64,000 bases of DNA from Chlorokybus atmophyticus (lineage: Eukaryota; Plantae; Mesostigma and Chlorokybus algae). Under the pieces are notes generated by a model. The model was given only the letters and a program-made list of their open reading frames with translations, was not told the origin of the DNA and made no database searches. The position numbers and the translations under genes are program-made. This document shows, one piece after another, positions 32,169 to 44,051 of the stretch; position 1 is the stretch's first letter; the number at the start of each line of letters is the position of its first letter. The stretch is taken from NCBI GenBank assembly GCA_009103225.1, contig RHPI01001202.1, positions 505,901-569,900 on the forward strand, in the 5' to 3' direction.

Positions 32169-32509
32169 GAGCGTGAAGCGCAACATGATTTGTTAACATG
32201 TTTAGTACAAATTATAGCTTCATAATTGCATCGATAGCATGCTACGATTATGTTATTTTACACGATTACATCACGTACAACATAAAGGCAAGTTTCCCTT
32301 GGCATATGGCAATGAAAGAAGGCTCACACAAATTTGCTTCGCTCTTCTCACAAAGTTCTACTTATACATACAATCCCTGACCTGATGCCTATACACCTCT
32401 GCTGCGCAAGTGGTGCTGAAATCCTTCCTTGCCTGAATCTGCCCTGCCCTGCTAGTCTTTTGTGTCGTTGGGTCTAATCTGTCTAGTACGCTGTGCTCTG
32501 CCCCCCCCN

Positions 32510-32799
32510 GTGCTGTTACATTAGAGATACTGTATAAAGGCTGCTGCCTGGTGGCAGGAGACTATTGCTATATGAGTAATCTGACAAACATGTACATGCT
32601 TCACTTGCGTCAAGTACAAGCAACATGGTGACTGCACCATCGCATGAACTTAGAGAATTGGAATTTACAGCAGAGTTGTGACCAGTGTTCAGTCAGACTC
32701 CAACGTTAATGGACACACGCTTGTCAGGAAAGATTGAGTATAATGTCTAGGCAGTGTTGTTCTGCAACTGTATGCTCGAAGCTGCCGCGACACGCATGC
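32510..32799 (+). repeat. 290-bp copy, identical by eye, of 43603-43892; flanked by C runs and an N
   Basis: Base-by-base match from GTGCTGTTACATTAGAGATAC to GCCGCGACACGCATGC; N at 32509. Confidence 0.95.
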
Positions 32800-34163
32800 C
32801 CCCCCCCCTCCCGCCCCCAATCGTTTGCTGCTGTGTAATGAGATTGACCTGGTTGGTGTGCTTCGCAACTATTGCCTTGCACATTTCCTGCATTCTAGCA
32901 CTTTATACAATACACGCGCATCATGTGAGTGACATGCATATTGCACGCATGCTTAACACGTAGCCATATAGCACGCATGCTGAACTCGTATCTATGGCAA
33001 AACATATCTACTAGCTTTTATTTATACTAAGTACAGCATCTGAAGTATGTATAAGACAAAGTAAAATAAACATCTCTACTATTAGTTACATACAAGCGTC
33101 CGCTGTCAGTGATGTTAAGATAACCCCCTTCCCCCGCAGGAGGGGGGGGGGGGNGGGGGGGTGTTGAATGTAACGCGAAGGTACCCGAAAAGACCAAGTC
33201 TTTGCGCAAACCCTAACGCCGATGTCATGCACTATGGTGTGACCGGGGGTCACAATTCTAGCCACAAGTGGTAATTGCGGTTTTTTACACCGCGTTACGT
33301 CGCGGTTAGCTAACAGCAACCGCAGCTAGCCGCTAACATGTACAGGATATGCTCGAGGCAGGTATGTACATGCATTGTGCAGAAGCACATAAGCGCACAC
33401 ACAAACAGCATGCAAGCCTGATCATATGCCACCACCGGGCTAAGATGTTCTGCTTGTTGCTACCTAACACGCTACACGCTACCCTAGACCTCCCCATTAA
33501 ACATGCATACTTGCATGTTGGTGTCCATTACCTGCACAACAGGCAGCATGGCAGCGTCAACAACGGTCTTCAGAGGCTGTAGCGAAGCAGCAGCAGCAAA
33601 GCAGCATATGCAGCATGCCCATATATCTCCTTCTCTCCCCCTTTCTCTGTGTACATGCGTAGCTGCATACCCAATACACATATTGTTGGTTGCTCACACG
33701 CCTTGCATATTCTATGCATGCGCAATTGCACGCCACAGTGTATGTACAAGATGCTGCGGGTATGTGATCAAGGCTTAACAACAAGCACGCAAGCATAGAA
33801 GCAAAGATGCAAGAGGCTAGCCCAAATCGCATGCACATGCACAACCCATGCACCATATGCAAAAGCAGAGACAGTGTTACAAGTTGCAATCCCAGCACAC
33901 TACATAGGGAAGACTGTGCACTATTGCTCACATACACTTACAAGCTATAACACTAATGCTGGTGCAACAGTAACAATGTCAGCGCCCTTGCCAAGGCAAG
34001 CTCAGCTCAATGTGTGATCTTGGGAACGTGAACTTGTTACTAAACACAGGCTACCCACCATTACCGAATACTCTGTGTGCATTGGCATAGCGCCAATGTG
34101 AATCTGCTGTACACTTACTACATGAAGGTCACAGCCTCTGGAGGACTGGACATTGATCGCTGA

Positions 34164-36360
34164 TCACGTGCTGGCTTCGCTGGCACCAATGCTGCGATTT
34201 CGTTTGTGCAGATGTTCTAGTGACGCCACACGTTGCATGGATGGCGTCCTGGCCATCTTGTTGCTCAGTGTCTGCTGCATCTGTTGTGATGTAAGGTGGG
34301 GCATTGATGCAGGTGCATCATCAAGTGCACTTAAATCCAGTGGCACTCGCAGGCCAGCAGCTGCGGCTGCCTTGACCAGCTCTTGAGCCATCTTGACCTG
34401 TAGAAATGGCAAGCCATCAGCTGCAAGCTCACTCTCAACCAGACTGCTTGGACTAAATATCAACCATGCAGTTCATGATGCAGTTGCTTATCAAACCTGA
34501 GCACGCAGGGCTTCAACGTCAGAGCGAAGGGCCCTGTTGTCCATAATGGCATCGCTGTAGCGCTGCCCAATATCTGACAGCCGTTTCAGCAACGTGCTGT
34601 TTTCAACGCGCAATTGTGCAACCTGCAAGTTACAAGGACCACAAGGAAGACTGAGGATTCAGTCATTGGCAGCAACTTGCGTCCAAGACAGGCTAACTTT
34701 TCAACTAGACAACCCAAGGGTAATCTGGCAAAAGAAATGCAACCCCTCACCTGCAGCTCCAAGTCAGAGAGGTGTGCTTGCTTTCGCCTTCGAGATCTTC
34801 TAGCGGACTCTCTGTTGGACAGCATCCTGCATTGGCCAGTAAGTAAGCGATTATCAGTCAGCAGTGCATCATTTCAACAGCCACAAACACCCACCTTCTC
34901 ATCCTTTTTATGTCTTCCGGATTTTTTTGCTGATCCGACTTTATGCCACCTTTCATGTCGTCTTCACCATCTTCGTCACTCGTTTCGGATCCAGAGCCAC
35001 CAGCAGATGCTGAACCCCCTGTGTGTCCAGTTGACGATGGTGCAGCAATGCTGCCTGGACGTGGCGGAAGTGCTGGGATGCCCACCGGTGATTGGCTCCC
35101 CAGCATCAAGAGAGACGCTGCAAACACACTGACGTTGGATCTAGTTATATGTTACTCACTGTAGCTCAAGTCCCATAGACTGAATTGTGACGATGGGGGG
35201 CACTGTACGTCATGACAGGTAAGCGATTCTCTCAGCATTCCACGACGTATACACCCTCACCTGGAGGCTGTGATGCGCTGGTTTGGGCGGAAGCTGCAAA
35301 CATCATGGCAGCATGTGAGGTAGTCGAGTCTGAATTAGCTGTAGACAGCTGCGCTCGACTGAAGGGTGCAATCTCTGGAAAGTGCGTTGGCGGTGGCAGG
35401 TTACCAAAGTTGACCGGCTTTGTAGACCGAGCAACGGATGTACTAGGTGCTGGAGTTTGTGCTGCTGCTGAAACCTGCACAGGACAAGCCCTGAGGACGC
35501 ATTCCAACCCCTACTGTCTCTCCGTTGTATTTAACAAACTTGCAGTGCTAACTTGCGCGCTAATGCACACTTTACAGTACGTAGCGGTTGCGACAGAAAA
35601 ACGCAATCTTCACAACCGACTTATGTGAACCAAACGGTCTGGGAAACTGTCAAGGTGTCAAGGTGCTCCAGCCTGTCTGGTAAAGCTATCACTTGAGTTG
35701 TGTGTGTACTTTGTGTTGTGCTGTGTTGGGTTGTACCAACTACACAGTTTTGTATACTTCATACGAACAGAACACTAAAGCAGCGTTAAACCTGGCAACG
35801 CTGTTAGCTTGTGAACTAGCTTATGCTGTATACATTGAGCTGGTGAAACACCACACACAGCCTGTGACTGCAATGCAACGTGAAGACCAATAAGTTGGCG
35901 CAAGCGCAATTGTGTAAAGGTTTACCCTGGTGGCTGCCATGGCGCACGCCATAGCGAGGTTTGAGCGAAGGACCTCGTGAGTGCGAAGCACCTCGTCAGC
36001 GTTGTGATTCACTGCGTGAATGGCGAGGGAAGAGTGGGTGCTGTTGTGGTTTGCGAGCATAGAGTGCTGCTGTTGAGGTTGATCCACCTGCTGCTCCTGC
36101 TCCTCCTCCTGCTGAGAAGGCGTCGCAGCAGCTGCTGCTTCTGTGGAGTTTTCCGGTATACTTGCGAGAGCATGCTGGCGGAAAAACTCCTGCACAGCCC
36201 ACTCGGACGCCGTCCTGGGCATGCCTGGCCGGCCGCTTGCCGTCGCACCAGGGCTGCCATCAATGCCAGGCTTGTTATCGTCCGCTGGACCTGAAGGACC
36301 GTCCGTATCCAGCTTCCAGAACGTCCCCAGGATGTCGTCTACGCTGTAAACCCTGTTCAT
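34164..36360 (-). CDS. Group-C-like bZIP transcription factor (bZIP63/Opaque2-related), multi-exon
   Basis: N-terminal [15 protein letters not shown] and [13 protein letters not shown]; basic region [24 protein letters not shown] followed by a leucine zipper; C-terminal [20 protein letters not shown], typical of plant group C. Confidence 0.92.
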
Positions 36361-36979
36361 GGTGACCGCCTCCGCCTCAACGCTCACACCGTCCCCAAAA
36401 CACTCGTTCTCCCCCGCCCGTCTCACATTCGGCCGAGACCAGACCAGACCAGACCAGACAGGCCTAGCCCAGCCCAGCCCAGCGCAGGCTAGAGCAAGAG
36501 CTGCCCCAGCCGCCCTGCCTCAGACACTCGTCCTCTCCTCCGTTCTCCCCCCTCTTTTACGCAAGCAACAGGCAAAAGTTGCTTGAGCGCCAGTGACCAC
36601 AGACTCCCCTCAACAAGAAGTGTACTGTCTTCCAAACCGACCACGTCTCAGCCGACCAGCCCGACACCACAGGCAGCGCCGCCGACGACGAGGACAACTC
36701 CACCGCCGAATTAGCAATCACGTTAGGGTTTCACAAACTTGCCCAACCCGTTCAATGTTTGATGCCCCGCAGCTTAACGCACTTGACCGGTACTCATGTC
36801 GATGCCGCCGGTAAAGTTGTCAATACACGTTGCGAACTCGCGCTTTGTTTGACAGCTTGTGAGTCACATCATGTGACGCGGCCGAAAAGCAGTGAACACT
36901 TCCGAATTCACGCGTGTGACTGAGCTTGGCGCTCACAGGAACGCGGTCATCTTGCACTGTACGCGACTGCTGCTTGTCG

Positions 36980-37780
36980 AATGTGTGATCCAAGCACATT
37001 CAAGCAGTCATTGAGCAGTCCAAGCTTGGATCAGACCGGTCAGCACCGGCCAAGCTTGAAGCATCAGCAGGGGCAATCGGCATGCGACGCATGCATACGG
37101 TTCCATGCTTGTGACAGGCTTCTATTGAGAGCACGGGGCCAATTGTCGACGTGGCGGAAATGGATATAGTTGGTACGCTTGTCCTCTGACAGTTCTGACG
37201 GTTATTGCGCGGGGCGGACCGGATGTCAGGTGAGTGGCCACGAGGGTCCAATATCCATGTATCCCCGTGAGGAAGCATTGGTGGGATGCGAAGTCTGGAT
37301 CGAACAACGCATTGATTCAATCAAAAAAACCACTGGCAAGGAGTGGCGACAACGCTTCAGAGTTGTCAGCTGGGCGGGAGGGCGTGCTGCGATCTGATAC
37401 CGTTGGTGTCAGCAGGGTTGCACGCTGACCGTCGGAGTGGAGTCCGAGGGTCGGGAAGGGTTCGGAAGAGGAAAAGTGTACGCCACGTGGTTGCGTGAGG
37501 AGCAGCCTGGGATAGCCTTATTTGCCTGCGTGATTGTGATCAGCAAGGTGCTGACAGAGGACTAAGGAAGCCAGAGGAAAGGTCAAGTTGATGCTAGGAT
37601 ATACGGTATATCATGTACCAGGTAACTCTGAACATGAGGGTACCATTTATGGCACCCTGTGCTGACAGAGGACTAAGGAAGCCAGAGGAAAGGTCAAGTT
37701 GCTAGGATATACGGTATGTCATGTATCAGGTAACTCTGAACATGAGGGTACCATTTTATGGCACCCAACTTGGTAACCAC
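36980..37780 (+). mobile_element. Possible decayed Ty3/gypsy (chromovirus-like) 3' end: integrase-tail and chromodomain-like relics, polypurine tract, LTR start
   Basis: Frameshifted FK-VIEQ...MH-VFH-like text (GPF/Y-like); EVWIEQRIDSIKK...RFRVVSWAG (chromodomain-like); GGAAGAGGAAAAG (37464-37476) immediately followed by TGTA. All similarities are weak and judged by eye. Confidence 0.35.
37548..37766. repeat. Two-copy ~111-bp tandem repeat
   Basis: GTGCTGACAGAGGACTAAGGAAGCC...ATGGCACCC starts at 37548 and 37659, with few differences. Confidence 0.95.
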
Positions 37781-37799
37781 AGGCTCTTTGGCAAAGAGA

Positions 37800-39650
37800 C
37801 TTGTCCTTGAATAGTAAGTCCCTTGATTGTACGTGGATTTTCTCGTCAACACTCAGAATTGGCTGCTAGCACGCATGAGTGTGTGATTTGTGGTACACAA
37901 ATAATTGGCAACAAATTCACATATTATTATGCAAACAACGCGCATTTCTTTATTATTTTATTACATGAATGTTATATGAATTATTCGCTTATGATTACAA
38001 GATGTTGGCCGATATAAAGGTACAGATTGCGTCTGTACTTCAGTACTAAGCTAGCTTCACCAATGCTACAATATAACATGAAACAAATGCATCAGTGGCT
38101 ATATTATTTATGCACGTATTGTATAATGGCATGCTATTACAGAGTATTAAGCATGCACTGTCACGAATTGGGATAAATTGTAACAGACCTCACTCATGGT
38201 AGTGTCTTTTACTACTATAGCCTAGTGGTCGGGCCCCAATTGTTACATGCACGTATTTTATAATGGCATGCTATAATTGAGCCAGTTACGTTGTCTTCAA
38301 CAAGTATTACGGTTATCCATTTATATACCTTTTCTAATAATGGTGACGACATTAATAATGTATGTATGCATAAGTTTACGCATTTGTAAATGCAACGCAC
38401 AGTTTGCAGCACACCAATACCTTTTGCTTGGTATGAAGCTAACTCCCGCACATCAAATATGGCATACATATGTGTATATGTTAATATTGTACGCGAAAAG
38501 TTTGTATATATTAATACTATACGCAATGCGACATGTGTCATGCATATTAAATGTGACATTTAAGCATAAGGTGGTTATAAAGTTGGCATATATAGTTGCT
38601 AATATGTATACCAGTAAAAGTGTAATGTGAGCTCTCAAGCATAACATCGTATATACCTTACAAAGTGGCTTGATTATGATAAGCTCTGGATGCTACAACT
38701 TGACTTGGAATGTATGGTCTGCCGATTCGTACAGAATTCAAATCATTTAACACCATTATAATACTCATTACATTGCATACACACAATATTATTACCATGC
38801 ATTGAATGCGTTGTCACTCGTTAACATACACTAATATCGTATATGTTAACATGTATATTATCATATCAATTTGAACATTAACACACACGAGGAGCTTATA
38901 TAATATACTTGTGGCTTGAAGTGTCAATTGCATCAGCAAGTTAATCGTGCAATATAAGCTAGTATTGATCTTATATATGTTTATAAAATGTACACACAAT
39001 TCTTTTAACATCAATTGTTAAAATAGCATTATAAACTCATTCAGTACAAATCGGGCTGTGTGTGTGAAAGCTTCCGTGAGCATCTATAGTTTATTGTGGT
39101 CATTGCAATGTTCCACATATAGCAATTAAATATTGCGCTTAGCAAACCGCATCATATTATGTTTAACATTGCTAATACACGATACCAAAAACAAATGGGC
39201 CACTTTGGGTACATGTCGTCGGCAACAATACCGTAGACACACATTACAACCCGCGCTCACTTTTGCTAATGTTCTCATAGTAACCTTTCGCGATGATGGC
39301 CTTAAGATTGATGCACTGTATTTATTTACTGTTAACAAGGCCGATAATGTCGTATTACAAGTACAGCTGCGAGTGCCATAAATCATGGCAATTGCTGATT
39401 ATTTTCGGGTGGTAATGTATGTGCCTCTACGGTATTGCAAACTCTTAAAGCTTATCATACCTGTGCTTACACCTGCTATGTGCTTCGTCCTACTTCATCA
39501 ATTATGTCGCATACACAATTCAATCCGACAAAGAAGCATACGGTATGTGCTTTCTTGCACTTGTGTGTATGCCACATTTACAAACTCTGATCTACCGGGT
39601 ACCAGGGCCCAGTCATCGACGGCTAGTCATGTGACTTATTTTCGCCAAGC
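37800..39650. other. AT-rich block with no recognisable coding capacity
   Basis: Visibly AT-rich compared with its flanks, rich in TA/TG/CA, with only short low-quality ORFs. Confidence 0.6.
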
Positions 39651-39828
39651 ACAGTGTCACTGAAGCAGCGCTGTCCCGCCTGCTCTGAGCGTGTCCCGGT
39701 TAACCGCTCTCCCCGCGGCGTCGACAACGTCCAGGGCGATGTCCAGGACGACGATGGGGGCGTGGGTCGCCTCCTCAACTAGAACGTGAGGGACGGGCTT
39801 ATCCGACACTGTCTCTCCTACCGCCGCC

Positions 39829-42800
39829 ATGCTGGCCCCTTCCACCAGGAGGCGAATCTCCGCCCTGCGCGTCGCTGCGGGCCTGGCCGGCCCCGTCGGC
39901 CTGGTGGTCGCCGTCCTCTTGCTAGGCAGCTTTAATAACGCTGGCGGAGGCGGAGGTGGTGGAGGCGGAGGCGGCGATGTGAAAGCATCTGTTGCTGTTT
40001 TGCAGAAGCTTGATCTTGAGATTAAGGTGAGAGCATGCCCAACCTGACGATGACCATAGTGATTGCCATTATCATGGTCATCTCAGTGGTGATGACAAGG
40101 CGATGAGCAGTTCGTTTGGGATGTCTCACCGTGATAGAGAGTGAGAGAGCCTTTGACAACGTGTGGCGAGAGTGCTACTTTTGACACATAGATGTTGCAT
40201 GCTTATCTCTGAACTTCAGAACTTGAAGCGCAGGGAGGAAAGTTTGCTGGGTGCACGTAGTCAAGAATTCAGTCAAGTGAGCACCCAATAAAGGTCACTC
40301 GGAGATACGATGATGTTATTACTACTAAAGTCAGTATGCCACACTGTGATGGTGGTTAACAGACATGCACATGTACGCGCACTCACGCATGCACTCACGT
40401 ATGCACCCACGCACGCACGCACGCACTCACGTGCACTCGTGCTCACATAGGCGACTCCTGTGTTGGTGTCAAAGCGCGCAGCCCGCCAGCTGGTGGAGAT
40501 AAGCTTGCCATCAGCAGCAGCACAAGACAAGATCCCGACACAAACAAATTTTCCTGCCAATTTGGCGCACGCTGAAGATCTTAACGGTGGTGGTACAGAT
40601 GACCAGGGCGACAACATTGCTGCCGAAGAGACTCACACAAAGCTGAATCTTGGTGATGGCGCCAATGTTGCTGTTGTTGTTGAGAGCAAAACACTCCCTT
40701 CCCCGGTTGCCACCCACACCATTGACAATGCTAATGTCATTCATGAGGAGAAAGATGGAGGCATCGATGTTGATGCGACACAAGTGTTGGACACTGTTGT
40801 AGATAGAGTAGTCATGGCTGATGAAAGTAAGGAAGCAGCTCAAGACAACATCAAACACAACTCTGCGGCAAGCACGTTGGCAGAGGACGTGTTGCCTGCA
40901 GCGCAGAAGCGGGTGTGGAGGATCGCGGACACGCGCGAGTGCGGGAGAGATAACAACAACACCGACCTCTCTGGCGACTGCAGATGTGCCGCACTGTACT
41001 CTGGTGAGGACTCTTCCCCTTCTTGATGTGTGAATAAGACAACTCTACTCATGCATGCGCAGTACATGCGTGAGTCCAGTTGTGCGCTCACATTCCCGGT
41101 TGTGACTAAGATAAGTTGTTTCAGTCACAAACCCAACAACATAGTGACGGTATGTCTGCACACACATGCACGCGCGTGCGTGCACATTAACTTGATTGCT
41201 ACCACCAGGTCCTGACTGCACCTCCCTCGCTCCAACATGCTCCTCTTCCACGTCATCGCCGTCGCAGTGTCCCGGCGCCTACACGTCCGCAATGGGGGAC
41301 TTTGTGCTCAACCGCGCGGGCGTGCGTCGCACGCGTGCGCGCACGGGAAGCTGGAACCTCAAGTGAGTTGTCATTATTGCTGTGTCAAAACACTAACATG
41401 TTCTCACCTGGGGTTGTGTTGCTATGTGACTGTGCAGAGTCTACCTGCCAGGCAAGGCTGTAGTTGAGCGCAGCATCATGCCTTTAGGGTCCAAAGCGCT
41501 AAGTCCCAGCGCACTTGTGGCAGCACTGCCCAAGGTATAAAAATACTGAGCGATGCAATCCATACATCCTAACCCTAACCCAACATGGCTCGTGTGCGTG
41601 TGCGTGTACGTGTTCATGTTTACACCCCATAGGTGGACCCCCTGCGGGTGCTTTCGAAGCAGGGGCCACTAGCTAGTTGTGCGGTGGTGGGTTCGAGTGG
41701 ATCGCTGCTCATGCGACGGGCGGGAGCTGAGATTGATGCCCACGATGCTGTAATAAGGTAAGAGTTGTGTATATGTATCGCGTGCATGCATGCCTGTATC
41801 CGTGCATCGTGTGCGCGTGTACGTGTGCGTGTGTGCGCATGCATGTGTATTGTGCGTTGGTGGGTGCTCGTACACCCGCGCACATGTATGCGTGTCTTTA
41901 TTGTAATGCAGACGTAAACACAGGTTCAATGGTGCGGGAGTAGAGGAAAAGTGGATGGATGAACATGTTGGCAGTAAGGTACACATGCAACCTAGTAAGC
42001 AGGCCTGTCAGTCATCACTGACAGGCCTCGCTGTAACCATTAATGCGGGCCAGCTTGCTATGTGTACCCACTTTTTGCTCCCCAACTACGATTGCATACG
42101 CAGACGACGGTGAGGATAGTGAACAGTAAGTGGTTGGACTATCGGTCCAGCAAGGAGGAAATTGTTGTGTCGCATGCACGCTCGCCAAAGGCCCTCACGA
42201 TATATGCCACGCGCCCGAGGGCCCGAAGGAGAGAGAAGATGTTCATATTCTCTCCCGAATTCACGTCCTATTTGGCCGCGCAAGGCCATACCCTCAGCCA
42301 GCATGCCCACTTTGACAGTGAGTCTCTCGCCCACTCAGTGACTCACACGCACGCAGACATGAGCGCCTGTGTGTGCGCGTGTTCATGTATGTTTGTAAGC
42401 ATATTCAGGTGCGCGAGCGCACACACACACACACACACACACGCGCGCGCACACGCACGCACGCGAGTGTGTGCACTTGCACAGACATTTTCTCACACTC
42501 GCACTTGCAGGCACACGCGATCGCAAAGGCATGCACATGCACTTGCGCACGCCTTGTCATTACTGTAGGATAATGTGCGCAAGCTGCAAGCTCAAGGCAT
42601 TGGCGGTGTGATGTTGCCTCATGTTTTGTCCGCGTATGCTCAGGCCTCAACACCAGTCAGTACACGCCAACAAGCGGGTGGACTGGCATGATGCTCGCAA
42701 TGCAGGTACACACCACCTTCTAACAAGTGATGACTGAGGCACCAACTGTTGTATACCTGAGCGAGCCAACACTAGCCACGTGTGTCAAGTGCGCTTTTCA

Positions 42801-43530
42801 AAGACGTGTGCATGTTGTTGAATGGGCTCAGGGGGAGGAGTTATGGCATGTCTCAGTTCCAACAACATGCGTGTACGTTGTTGGTTTGTCGTTTCAGCTG
42901 TGCAGTTCTGTGCATCTATACGGTTTCCACGCATCAGCGGGCAGTGCGCCTTACCACTACCACAACCGCTGCGTGCGTCCGTACGGCCACCGCGACAGCG
43001 CCGAGTGGCTCCTCGTGAAGGGTTTCGTTGATGCTGGGCTGGCGGCCTTCGCGGAGCCATGCAATGACGAGTGCCACGAAGAGGGAGCGGCATGCGACGC
43101 ATGCAGAGAGAACACCGTCGACCCTCTACGGTAAACACTGGGTGATGCTCCACAGGTTGTACTCGGTGTGCTTGTGGACATGTGTGAGAGTGCATGCATA
43201 TGTGGGTGTGCTTGCATGTGCGTGCGGCTGCGTGTGGGCATGCATGCATGCATATGCGTGCGTGCGTGCGTGCGCGTGCGTGCTTGCGTATGTGCGTAAG
43301 CGCATTGCAGGTGTGCCCACCCACGTGTCTGACATTGGTCTTTGAGTGGTGTGCCAACTTGTTGTTGTGACAGTGTTGATGAGGGGGAGTTGGAGGGTGT
43401 GAAGGCGCGTTGGCGCCGGCTATCACGGCCGGATTATTGCCAGCTGTTGCTCGACGAGAGGAGAGCCGCGAACGTTGCTGCGGGGCGCGAGGCTAATGAC
43501 GACGTCGACGCAGTGTGGGACGGCGCGTGA
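39829..43530 (+). CDS. GT29 sialyltransferase-like type II membrane glycosyltransferase, multi-exon
   Basis: N-terminal signal anchor (VGLVVAVLLLG) and long acidic stem; sialylmotif L SCAVVGSSGSLL...GAEIDAHDAVIR|FNGAG...HVGSK|TT; motif S PTSGWTGMMLAMQ|LCSSVHLYGF; motif III PYHYH; VS-like HRDSAE. All joined by GT-AG junctions. Confidence 0.88.
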
Positions 43531-43602
43531 AGGGTTTGTGGCTGATAGTACAACATGTGGGTCTGCAGCACAGAAACGGTGCATATCGTTGGCGAAATGC
43601 AG

Positions 43603-43891
43603 GTGCTGTTACATTAGAGATACTGTATAAAGGCTGCTGCCTGGTGGCAGGAGACTATTGCTATATGAGTAATCTGACAAACATGTACATGCTTCACTTG
43701 CGTCAAGTACAAGCAACATGGTGACTGCACCATCGCATGAACTTAGAGAATTGGAATTTACAGCAGAGTTGTGACCAGTGTTCAGTCAGACTCCAACGTT
43801 AATGGACACACGCTTGTCAGGAAAGATTGAGTATAATGTCTAGGCAGTGTTGTTCTGCAACTGTATGCTCGAAGCTGCCGCGACACGCATG

Positions 43892-43892
<1 letters not shown>
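43603..43892 (+). repeat. 290-bp segment duplicated at 32510-32799, followed by a (GA)n microsatellite
   Basis: Identical sequence; (GA)n at ~43894-43931. Confidence 0.95.
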
Positions 43893-43934
<42 letters not shown>

Positions 43935-44051
43935 AGGATAGGTCTGACCCTAGACCAGTGACCCAATCGGGCCGGGATCGGGATTTTAGGGTTTCCTTTA
44001 CAGTCATCATCAGCAACAATTTGGCGCCAGATCAAGCTGGGAGAATCTCTC

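Noticed and set aside
33169-33299. Short inverted repeat GTAACGCG...CGCGTTAC after a G run
   Set aside because: An 8-bp match next to an N-containing homopolymer is too weak to call an element.
37548-37766. CRISPR-like interpretation of the tandem repeats here and at 15364, 11680 and 51580
   Set aside because: Whole units are duplicated with no unique spacers, there are no cas genes, and the context is eukaryotic.
39657-39845. Minus-strand ORF overlapping the GT29 start
   Set aside because: It is an antisense reading of the GC-rich 5' leader with no recognisable homology or splice support.
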